Virus record (IMG/VR): IMGVR_UViG_3300047157_000126
Location: 1-64,000 of that record
DNA length: 64,000 bases
Direction: 5' to 3' (one strand)
DNA from: a virus
The notes beneath the pieces are model-generated. The model was not told the origin of the DNA. It did not search any database and saw nothing but the letters and a program-made list of their open reading frames with translations. This document shows, piece by piece, positions 19,730 to 28,293 of the stretch. The position numbers and the translations under genes are program-made. Numbering within the stretch: the stretch's first letter is position 1; each line of letters opens with the position of its first letter.

Positions 19730-21104
19730 CTACAACTTGTAATACATCATTCATCCCTAAGTCATCTCTGACTTCCACAAGCAGGGGGTCTACGATTGTA
19801 AGTGGGCTCTTTATGATAGTGGGAGTTACTACTTCAACCACTATGCAATATTCACTAGATACTTCTTGCCATTGATTTTGTAAAACCATTCCTGTTCTTC
19901 TATTGATTGTGAATAACAATTGTCCTGTTAAATCCCCAAAAGTTTCCATTTCGCCCACTACAACAAAATCATCTATACCATCTAAAGCACAAACTTTGAT
20001 AGAAATACTATCTTCGTTTTTCTTTACGGAATGAATTCTAAACGGTTTTCTCGCTAATGATTTCATCAATGTATAACCACCTTCTTCTGTCGGGTTATAT
20101 GGGTTATTATTAGGGAATCTAATCATATCATCATCGTGGGTTAAACTACCCCAGTGGTCTATTAACACAGGATGGTGGACTATTATTGGTTCATCTGAAA
20201 GAGACTCTTGAAATCGTTTTAATCTTTCATCTAATTTGAGGTGTGCGTATCTTGGATAGATAGCATCATACACATGAAGAGTATCATTTACTGGTACGGT
20301 TTCTAATATCACAGGACCATTAATAGACCACGATAGTTTTGGGGCTATACCTCTTGGAATCAATCTACCACTCCTATCTCTCCATACAAATCTAGAACCA
20401 GTAGGTTCGTTGATTATGTGGAGCATCTTGGTGCTTCCTTTATCTAAAACTCTCTGATAAAAACCACTGTTGTAATTAATAATTTTGTTCTGTCCTTCAG
20501 TAGATATATGAGGGTAAAACCGTCTTGGTGTTAATGCTAAATCTATGTCCTGATACCACAATTCCCCAGCATCTAAACTTAGAGGGTCAGTAAATAACAC
20601 CTCTAGTAATTCGTAGGTCGGTTTTCTTTTAATGTGTCTATTCAATACCTGTGGTGATATCTTATTCCCACTTACTGATAATAAAAATGCAGTTTCAGTC
20701 ATTACTTTCTCACCCATAATGAATCGCCAGAATAATTTTGCTTCTACTTCATCCATAGTATGAGCCGCTTCTAGAATTGAAATAGCACCCTCTGCTACAC
20801 TTTCAGCATACATTATCATTTCATTTACTGAGCGATTTCTAGGAGAGCCTTCGTTGCTCTCTCCTGCTAATGCTTTCCACACTTTTCTTTCACCAAGAAC
20901 ATCCATTACCACATCAATGTAAGTACCAACTTCTTCTGCAAATCTATTTACCAGTGTGGTTTTATTTAAAAGGGGTTTGCTTGGTATGAATAGTTGATAC
21001 AATTCCGTAGCGTCTTTGAAAGAATCCACATCAGAGAACACTTGGTTTTTATTTACACCTAAGATAATATTCTCATGTAATCTAGCAGCATGAGTAAATC
21101 TCAT
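19701..21104 (-). CDS. ATP-dependent DNA ligase-like protein, divergent, possibly inactive
   Basis: Ligase-like N-terminus MRF..AA...E, WRDRSG, VILE, VYDA, ERLKR, and OB-domain end VVEV...P....VRDD; no clear KxDG motif. Confidence 0.55.
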   Translation of the reverse strand: MRFTHAARLHENIILGVNKNQVFSDVDSFKDATELYQLFIPSKPLLNKTTLVNRFAEEVGTYIDVVMDVLGERKVWKALAGESNEGSPRNRSVNEMIMYAESVAEGAISILEAAHTMDEVEAKLFWRFIMGEKVMTETAFLLSVSGNKISPQVLNRHIKRKPTYELLEVLFTDPLSLDAGELWYQDIDLALTPRRFYPHISTEGQNKIINYNSGFYQRVLDKGSTKMLHIINEPTGSRFVWRDRSGRLIPRGIAPKLSWSINGPVILETVPVNDTLHVYDAIYPRYAHLKLDERLKRFQESLSDEPIIVHHPVLIDHWGSLTHDDDMIRFPNNNPYNPTEEGGYTLMKSLARKPFRIHSVKKNEDSISIKVCALDGIDDFVVVGEMETFGDLTGQLLFTINRRTGMVLQNQWQEVSSEYCIVVEVVTPTIIKSPLTIVDPLLVEVRDDLGMNDVLQVVDVMFGEDDG

Positions 21105-21130
21105 GGTATCACCTAAATACGAAGATAGTT

Positions 21131-21442
21131 TTATTCTTGGTGGCTGTTATGCCCTTCTGAATAAGTCTCTTCTTCTTCCCATCCTGCTCTTTTCGCTGCT
21201 TCTCTCTCATCTTCTACATCGTTTACAAAATCTACCAGTCTAGGAATTAATTCTTTCAGTTGTTCTACTGTAAGTCTAACTCCGTGTCTAGTAGGTTGAT
21301 TCTTACCATCTTGGATATTATTTATTCTCAAGTCTAACCAAGTCTTTTGATAGTATTCTATTCTTCTGGCGACTACATCACCTTTCCCATTCATCCATTT
21401 TCCTTCTAAACTAGAAGTTCTCCATAATGTCTCATTACTCAT
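21131..21442 (-). CDS. PC4-family ssDNA-binding protein
   Basis: YQKTWLDLR...QPTRHGVRLTVEQLKEL matches the PC4 (DIR...PTKKGISL) pattern. Confidence 0.8.
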   Translation of the reverse strand: MSNETLWRTSSLEGKWMNGKGDVVARRIEYYQKTWLDLRINNIQDGKNQPTRHGVRLTVEQLKELIPRLVDFVNDVEDEREAAKRAGWEEEETYSEGHNSHQE

Positions 21443-21701
21443 TCAATCACCTCTCTATATACTCTACTTAACCACGCAATTTCTTGTCTGTACCATTTAT
21501 CCCAACAATATTGACATAAACCTTCTATTCTTGCTAATCCTTTAGCCTTCATTTCAGAACCACATTTACCACAGTAACAATAATCACCCATTTAATCACC
21601 TCTCTTATCAAAACAAACTTTACAAATTGGTTTATTACCATACTGGTTTGTCCATATTCTCCCCTTAGTATTACATGAGTAACAAAAATCAATAACGTAA
21701 T

Positions 21702-21884
21702 TCATTTTTTCAAACTCCTGAATCCTATGGGAAGAGGTAATGTTTCTAATGCTCTACCTACCCCTTTTCTTCTGTAACAACCAGCACAGATAGTTTTCCC
21801 TTTTGATTTAGCAGATGCTGAAATTTTTATTTTATGACACTTGATACAAAGAATGCGTGGTGAAGAACTTACAGGTCTAGACAT
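21702..21884 (-). CDS. Small Zn-finger protein
   Basis: CIKC...CAGC; one of several Cys-rich mini-genes at 21.45-21.9 kb. Confidence 0.5.
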   Translation of the reverse strand: MSRPVSSSPRILCIKCHKIKISASAKSKGKTICAGCYRRKGVGRALETLPLPIGFRSLKK

Positions 21885-22601
21885 TTACTCCTCCTCGTCT
21901 GAATTAACAACAAAGCAGTAAGTCCCCCATAACCAAGTTGGTACTTTCCCACCAGTAATTGGACAAGCATCACCGACAAGAACACCAGTCTGGTCTTTTG
22001 CTGCTTGAATCATTTCTCTTCTTGTCATTGCTTGCATAACTCTTTTATCATCTATTTTATACCTCATAAACAATTTATCTCCCGCCATCAAATGATAATC
22101 ATCAGGGTCTACATTGAATGCTTTATCGCAATTTGGACACTCATACAAGTAGCCCCAAATTTCTACTACATCTGTATCTCCGTTTTCCAATAATACTTCT
22201 TCGCTAGATAAAAATCTAGGAGTGAAAGTTTCATGTGGCATTTCTATTAATTTACTACCACACTCACATTTCCATCCATGTGCAATATCTATCTTGTGTT
22301 GTTGTTCTAACATGTAAGCCTCTTCAGGATTAGCGGGAGCATCGAAGAGAACCTCTTCATTTTCAGCCATGTTAATTCCAATAGCCATCATTATAGTAGT
22401 AAAACGGGCGTGGTTTTCTAACACATCGGGATGATTCATCATCTTTGTTAACAACAAAGTATCATCTGACATTTTCTTATATGTTAACCCAGAACCTTCG
22501 GGCGCCCATATAGCACCTATCCCTAATCCACTCATCAAATCTTTAGCCCATTTTTTCATATCATCATTCATTTCAAAACTCATATTAATTCCTCTTTCCA
22601 T
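21885..22601 (-). CDS. Hypothetical protein with Zn ribbon
   Basis: 238 aa; CECG...CPNC. Confidence 0.6.
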   Translation of the reverse strand: MERGINMSFEMNDDMKKWAKDLMSGLGIGAIWAPEGSGLTYKKMSDDTLLLTKMMNHPDVLENHARFTTIMMAIGINMAENEEVLFDAPANPEEAYMLEQQHKIDIAHGWKCECGSKLIEMPHETFTPRFLSSEEVLLENGDTDVVEIWGYLYECPNCDKAFNVDPDDYHLMAGDKLFMRYKIDDKRVMQAMTRREMIQAAKDQTGVLVGDACPITGGKVPTWLWGTYCFVVNSDEEE

Positions 22602-22897
22602 TTTTCATCAACTTTTACAAAGTCGAATGAATTACATTTTGGACAAGGGTAAAGGATGAAACCATCAAAAACCATGACGGTTTCTTTTCCTGTTACTTCT
22701 TCCCCACACATTGTACATGCCTCGATGCACTCCGCCGAAGTACATACCATAAGTAGTCTTTGGAGTTCTCCATTTACTTCTATGTGAATATCTATATCAT
22801 GAATTGGTGCAGTAATACCATCGGGGTATTTCACCTTACCACCTTCTATAAAATTAGAAACAGAAAACTCTATTTTTTCGTATTCATCTTCATTCAT
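22580..22897 (-). CDS. Hypothetical Zn-ribbon protein
   Basis: CTMC...CPKC; AGGTGA RBS. Confidence 0.55.
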   Translation of the reverse strand: MNEDEYEKIEFSVSNFIEGGKVKYPDGITAPIHDIDIHIEVNGELQRLLMVCTSAECIEACTMCGEEVTGKETVMVFDGFILYPCPKCNSFDFVKVDEKWKEELI

Positions 22898-23206
22898 TCA
22901 ATCACCTTTTCTCCACAGAACTCACACCTCTTAGGAATGTTTTGCTTTGTTGTCTTTGTTGCATAACAATGTTTGCATTCAAAAATACGATGACCTAATC
23001 TCGTTGGGGAACGATGGACTTCACGCCATACACTATTCCAAGTTTTATTCATTCAACCACCCCTTCTAATTCTTCAATGTGATTTAGAAGCAAAGAAACG
23101 TACTCTATTAGTTCTAATCTATCCATTTCATCGACTTTTTTAATTGCATCTTGAATTATACTCGTTTTAACCCATGCTGTTGTTGTATTAAACTTCATTT
23201 AATCAC

Positions 23207-23503
23207 CTACGCTCCTATTTCTTGAGAACTCTTTCTTCTTCCTCTCATGGTACTCAACACAATCAAACTAATTGTATGTTCATCTTCCATACCGATGTTG
23301 AAGTTCATGGTTTCGGTAACTGTTTTCGCGTCGCTTTTTGATAAGTTCTCAAGTAAGTCTGATTTTACTGGTCTGAAACCATTTTGGTCTTCAATACACA
23401 TAACTATCCTATATGAATCTCCATCACGTAAAGGATAGTAGACATACCTGTTTCCTTTTTTATGGTTATTTAATTCAATATTATTACTAACATATTTAAT
23501 CAT
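23207..23503 (-). CDS. Hypothetical protein
   Basis: 98 aa with GGTGG RBS, co-oriented. Confidence 0.5.
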   Translation of the reverse strand: MIKYVSNNIELNNHKKGNRYVYYPLRDGDSYRIVMCIEDQNGFRPVKSDLLENLSKSDAKTVTETMNFNIGMEDEHTISLIVLSTMRGRRKSSQEIGA

Positions 23504-23644
23504 TCAACCACCTTACTCTTAATATGAATAGTAGGATAATCACTATTAATATGTAAAATAAAACCAATAGTTCTATTTCCCTCTTCAATATAATAACTAT
23601 TATTATCCGTTTTAAATTGAACCAATTTTAATTCATCACTCATT

Positions 23645-23878
23645 TTATTCAAACCCCATTTGTTCAAACTTTCTTAATAAAAACTCAAAAGACTTCTTAG
23701 CACCATCAAGTTGGTTTTTTCCGGGTTTTCTGAAAGATTGTGTAGACCCATGTATATTATCCCATTTCTCTTTACCCAACCTTTCGGGGAATAATTTCCG
23801 TAAGGTATAATTATCTTCTCTTTCAATACTTTCAATAAAATGAATTAAGTGTCTTTTAGTTAATTTAGTATCACTCAT
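23645..23878 (-). CDS. Hypothetical protein
   Basis: 77 aa, co-oriented. Confidence 0.5.
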   Translation of the reverse strand: MSDTKLTKRHLIHFIESIEREDNYTLRKLFPERLGKEKWDNIHGSTQSFRKPGKNQLDGAKKSFEFLLRKFEQMGFE

Positions 23879-24013
23879 TGAACCACTCTCCCTTTAGGTG
23901 CGACAGTAGAGAAACTTGCAGCCATGCCTATGAAGCAGTTGTTCTCCCAACCCTGTCGCCAGTCGAGAGATGAACTCAAGAAAAGAACTAGGTTAGTAAT
24001 TCTTTCTATCATT

Positions 24014-24601
24014 TCACTCCTCTCCTATCAAATATACATCATTTCCTTGAGTCGTCAAATCTTCTAATTCATCGGGGTCTACTCCAAGATATTTAGCCAT
24101 TGCATTTTTTTTGCTATCTTTATCTAGAATAGGTATCACACTAGACTTTGTTACTAATCTTGCTTCCTCTTCAGTCCACCACCCCATGTCTACACCATGA
24201 AAAGCCGCCATCACATACTCAGATGTTACTAAATCGGTATCTTCATGGAATACTGGTCTAATTGCATCAACCGTGATGTTTCTATTCATAGGGTCTACAT
24301 CTAGTGTTATAACTAAATTCTTTAGTAGAGGAATACCAACTTGGTATTCTTCAGATAAATCCTCCAGTAACATTTGCCATATGAAATAGTCAACCAAATC
24401 AGTTTTTAGTATATCTCTTCTTACAAAAGCCCAAGCGCTGTGTTGAGTAGATGTATCATCTACTAGATTCATTACATTAGCAATAGTCTTTTGTCGTTCA
24501 GATATTCTATTCCAAGTCCTGTCAGGAATTAAAACCCCATCTATTTTTTCTTTCGCTTCCAATATTTTATCATACATTTTTCCATCTTTTATTTCATTCA
24601 T
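24014..24601 (-). CDS. Hypothetical protein, first gene after a promoter repeat
   Basis: 195 aa; GGAGATGA RBS directly downstream of the 24622 repeat. Confidence 0.65.
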   Translation of the reverse strand: MNEIKDGKMYDKILEAKEKIDGVLIPDRTWNRISERQKTIANVMNLVDDTSTQHSAWAFVRRDILKTDLVDYFIWQMLLEDLSEEYQVGIPLLKNLVITLDVDPMNRNITVDAIRPVFHEDTDLVTSEYVMAAFHGVDMGWWTEEEARLVTKSSVIPILDKDSKKNAMAKYLGVDPDELEDLTTQGNDVYLIGEE

Positions 24602-24621
24602 TTTTATTCATCTCCTTCTTT

Positions 24622-24642
24622 TTCATTTCTTTATATAGAATC
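24622..24642 (-). promoter_or_regulatory. 21-bp promoter-like repeat, copy 8
   Basis: GATTCTATATAAAGAAATGAA followed by AAAGAAGGAGATGAA RBS. Confidence 0.8.
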
Positions 24643-24727
24643 TAACTGTTGTATTCATAACCACAAATCCTACACTTAGTTTCTCCTTTTACTCTTGGGT
24701 GCGATGTTTTGCACTTGCTTTTTTTAT

Positions 24728-25009
24728 TCATGCTTCTTCCTTTACTATCTTCTTTATTTCTTTTATGTCTAATCCGTATTCAATATGTTCTTCTGGGATA
24801 TACTTACTCCTTTTCTCTAACATATTAAAAATCACTTTGGTAATATTACTGGCTGCTTTATTGAACCTTTGTTCAGCCACTTTATCTCCATTTGGTATTC
24901 CAATCATCTTTATTTCATTAACAGACTCATGGAAAGTTTGCTCTACTTTTGTAACTAATAACGCCTTTAGTATTTCATACTCAGCGTGTTTTACACTCTT
25001 GAATCTCAT
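24728..25009 (-). CDS. Hypothetical protein
   Basis: 93 aa; GAGGGTGA RBS. Confidence 0.55.
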   Translation of the reverse strand: MRFKSVKHAEYEILKALLVTKVEQTFHESVNEIKMIGIPNGDKVAEQRFNKAASNITKVIFNMLEKRSKYIPEEHIEYGLDIKEIKKIVKEEA

Positions 25010-25674
25010 GCTTTCACCCTCGTTTCTTCTTCAAATCATCAATTGTGTCTCTCATGTTAAGGACATCTAAATGTTCATAAGTATGGAAATCGTCATTTTG
25101 CTTGTTTTGTCTAAACTCTAACTCTCCAATTAAAATATTCAAACCTCTCTTGGAATCTCCGTTCCTACTTTGTTCTTTGTAATAATTATAAGCCCATTCA
25201 ATAAACTGTTCTCTATTCTTGTGATATGAAGACACTTTGAAATCTTCCACATCTTCTAAAATCACTTTAACTCTTTCATCTAGTTCGTTATCTTCCTTTA
25301 ATATACTTTTCCAACTCATTCTACTATCTCTCCTTCTAAGGTTACTTTCTGTTTACAAGAAAAACAAATAGGTATCATCAACTCTCCACCTTGACTATAA
25401 TCGGTGTAAATCCATACTGTTGCGCCACAACATTGAGTGAGATGTATATCTAAACCATTACTCGGTTTATCATCACTCATTCTTGCATCACCCCTGTCCA
25501 ATACACAAGCCACTCTAATTTCTCAATCAACTCATCTTGGTCTATCTCATCTAACTCATACTTAATCCACATCTCTTGGAGATAGTATGCAAGGCTATGT
25601 TTTGAGTTGGATGACATGTTATCCACTTCATACCGTATTTTACCCCTCATGCTTTCACCCTCGTTTCTTCTTCA
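25005..25674. repeat. 29-bp perfect direct repeat at 25005-25033 and 25646-25674
   Basis: CTCATGCTTTCACCCTCGTTTCTTCTTCA twice; on minus it covers stop, RBS and ATG of gene junctions. Confidence 0.85.
25014..25319 (-). CDS. Hypothetical protein
   Basis: 101 aa beginning MSWKSILKE. Confidence 0.55.
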   Translation of the reverse strand: MSWKSILKEDNELDERVKVILEDVEDFKVSSYHKNREQFIEWAYNYYKEQSRNGDSKRGLNILIGELEFRQNKQNDDFHTYEHLDVLNMRDTIDDLKKKRG

Positions 25675-25789
25675 CATACATTACAGTAGGGATGTTCTTC
25701 ACAATCATCTGTAATCTTCATTTCCTGATTCACCCACATCTTAAACTCCAAATCAGTAGAGCCGCAGTGTGTACATTCAAACTTGTATG

Positions 25790-26299
25790 TCATGCCGTCA
25801 CCCCCATCCACCAGTCAGGCGGGCTTGTGTGTCTGTAATGCACACCGCCTTTACTGTCTGCTTTGCTGTGGTAGTAGGCTCTGTACGCTTTGACTGCATC
25901 ATCATCTTTGTATTCATCAGGCATGGCCTGAGCAAATGGTGTAAGGTCACCTTCAGGGATGTATTCTATCCATTCTATCATGTGTATTATTGGCTGCTTA
26001 CATGCATGTTCTTTGAGGAAACGTTGTTCATACTCCCTGCACAAAGCCAAAGCGTGTGTCGCAAGCCATGAGAAGTTAGCACGTGTATCTCCCGCAAAAA
26101 TTGTGCATGGGTGATTTTTGTACCCGCCCTTGTATGGCCGCCCCGCCTTCGTCAACGGCATTCGTTCCTTTGGTGCTCCATGTCTACGCAAGGCTGATGC
26201 CATCATTTGCGCTGACTCAGTGACCATCTTAGGCACTCTAACACAGTCCATTGCTGCTGCTGCTTTTATTGGGTCATTATCTAATACAAATATATTCAT
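25790..26299 (-). CDS. Pyrimidine-dimer DNA glycosylase-related (T4 endonuclease V-like family) protein
   Basis: MNIFVLD.DP..AA, KM..ESAQM, NHPCT, EY..RF..H, FAQAMPDEYK..D.V.AYR.YY. Confidence 0.8.
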   Translation of the reverse strand: MNIFVLDNDPIKAAAAMDCVRVPKMVTESAQMMASALRRHGAPKERMPLTKAGRPYKGGYKNHPCTIFAGDTRANFSWLATHALALCREYEQRFLKEHACKQPIIHMIEWIEYIPEGDLTPFAQAMPDEYKDDDAVKAYRAYYHSKADSKGGVHYRHTSPPDWWMGVTA

Positions 26300-26625
26300 T
26301 CTTCTTCCTCCCTGAACCAACCATCCACTTTTATTTCTTCTTCATCATCTTCTTCATCGTCAAAGTAATCAACATAGTTTTCCGTTCTCCGAAAGGTTAT
26401 TTCTACGGTATCATCACGTGGTATTACACTACTTCCAACATGACCATAACGGTTTTCTCCCATATTCCATAGTCTGTTACCTTCTTTCTCAGCAATACGT
26501 TTTACTTCACTTTCAGTTAATTGTTTGCCGCATGACTGTACTTCCCATTGCTGTACTCTTACACTTTTACTTGTAATTGTGTAAGTGAAAGTTTTTTCCC
26601 ACTCCTCTCTTAAGGCCATCTTCAT
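26296..26625 (-). CDS. Hypothetical protein
   Basis: 109 aa, acidic C-terminus ending EEE*. Confidence 0.55.
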   Translation of the reverse strand: MKMALREEWEKTFTYTITSKSVRVQQWEVQSCGKQLTESEVKRIAEKEGNRLWNMGENRYGHVGSSVIPRDDTVEITFRRTENYVDYFDDEEDDEEEIKVDGWFREEEE

Positions 26626-26825
26626 TCAACCCACCCTAATTTTAAGTCTTCTAGTATTGATTCAAGACACAAAGTATGTTGTTGCGATTCACTACATTTT
26701 CCACATTGTATAGTTACAAGCACATCTTCACCACTATTAATTACCTCAAAATTACCTACATACACATAATCATGTAAACATATATGTTCGTCTAAATATT
26801 CTTGGCCTCTTCCATCTTCGCTCAT
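26622..26825 (-). CDS. Small hypothetical protein
   Basis: MSEDGRG...CLH...CGKC; GGAGG RBS. Confidence 0.5.
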   Translation of the reverse strand: MSEDGRGQEYLDEHICLHDYVYVGNFEVINSGEDVLVTIQCGKCSESQQHTLCLESILEDLKLGWVE

Positions 26826-27159
26826 TCTTCTTCCTCCTTGATTACCCATCCTGTACTAAGAGAATATACCATACCTGCTTCGTGATTTTTCCTACATTCT
26901 TTTATTCCCGTACAAAACGCTTGAACATATCTTTGCCCTCTATCATATCTGATTAATTGGCAATAAGGGCATCTGTAACTACTCATTCTTCTTCCTCCGC
27001 AAAAATGCCTGTTGCTTTCTCATAAGCAGTATAGATGTCGTTGTCAGGATATAGATGTCGATGTGTCTCTTCTAACCAATCAATGTAAGTATGGTCTTCG
27101 TCATGTTGTTGCTGAATCCATTCAAGCGTCTGTCTAGCCTGTTGTATAATACTAGGCAT

Positions 27160-27528
27160 TTATTCTTCCTCCATCATTATACCAGTCATATTATTTTGTG
27201 TTACAAAATCTATTACCATCTTAGCATTAGTATTTTCTGTCAATCCAATCAACGCACCATAAGGTGTATTCAATGATGGTACACCGTGTATCAATATCTT
27301 CCAACTATCATCAGTATATACTGGCTCTGCTTTGATGTAGTATATTCCATTAGTAGAAGCGCTCTTCAATATAGGCTCTTGCTTTGCTAACCATTCTACA
27401 ACACTATCGGGCGCTCTAAGTTTAATGGCAAAACCATAATCTCGATTTATACCAACATCACCTATACCCTGAATATGTATTCTGTTCGTTTCACTTTTCG
27501 TTCTTACTTGTATTCTTCCTTCATTCAT
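27160..27528 (-). CDS. Hypothetical protein, first gene after a promoter repeat
   Basis: 122 aa; GGAGATGA RBS. Confidence 0.6.
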   Translation of the reverse strand: MNEGRIQVRTKSETNRIHIQGIGDVGINRDYGFAIKLRAPDSVVEWLAKQEPILKSASTNGIYYIKAEPVYTDDSWKILIHGVPSLNTPYGALIGLTENTNAKMVIDFVTQNNMTGIMMEEE

Positions 27529-27548
27529 TTTTATTCATCTCCTTCTTT

Positions 27549-27569
27549 TTCATTTCTTTATATAGAATC
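27549..27569 (-). promoter_or_regulatory. 21-bp promoter-like repeat, copy 7
   Basis: GATTCTATATAAAGAAATGAA overlapping the phosphatase stop codon. Confidence 0.8.
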
Positions 27570-28293
27570 CTTCTTCTTCTTCACACAAGAAGCAAAGGTA
27601 TTCTCCCTTGTCACTTATTGACACATAATCATTGCAACCTAAGCAAGTAAAGTAACCCTTACTTTTTTCTTCTTTATCCCATTTTGTTTCCTTGAAATCA
27701 TCAATCCAAAAACCAGCATTGTATTTCGATGCTGATACTGACGGGAATAATGATTCACCCAACGGTAAATCACACATGTCAGCAACATACTGTTGTTGTT
27801 TTTCTGTCTCTACTTCGTGTACACACATTCTCTCTCTTACCCACATGATGAGTTCGGCTGAATCCTTCCATTTCTTTTTATCATCAGGAATCAATAGATG
27901 AGCAAGGATTGCTAACTGTACCCCCGTTCTTCCATGTCCACCAACACATTGACAAGAAATAGTTTTTACATCATTATCATAGATATCCTGTATTAAATTA
28001 TACCAGTCTGTTTTATCAAAACTTGTTGGTATGTTATAGTCAGGCCAATTGATAGGAATTATTACCGTCTCTGTTTTTTCGTATCTGTCTGATGTAACCC
28101 AACCATCAGGTATGTTATGAGGTGCATATCTCAACACCACATCACTAGGCCCAATAGCAAGGTCAGGTTCGGGTGTCATTCTGTACCAACAACCATTCCT
28201 CGATGAACCCCCACCGTAGACTTTTATTCCATCTTCTGTTTCAAACACCAGTATATTACCAGTGTGGCAATTATTTTTACTCATATTGTACAT
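27550..28293 (-). CDS. Cys-dependent protein tyrosine/dual-specificity phosphatase with C-terminal Zn finger
   Basis: WPD loop (INWPDY), CX5R P-loop (CVGGHGRTG), Q-loop-like ETEKQQQY; CLGC...CFLC. Confidence 0.85.
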   Translation of the reverse strand: MYNMSKNNCHTGNILVFETEDGIKVYGGGSSRNGCWYRMTPEPDLAIGPSDVVLRYAPHNIPDGWVTSDRYEKTETVIIPINWPDYNIPTSFDKTDWYNLIQDIYDNDVKTISCQCVGGHGRTGVQLAILAHLLIPDDKKKWKDSAELIMWVRERMCVHEVETEKQQQYVADMCDLPLGESLFPSVSASKYNAGFWIDDFKETKWDKEEKSKGYFTCLGCNDYVSISDKGEYLCFLCEEEEGFYIKK

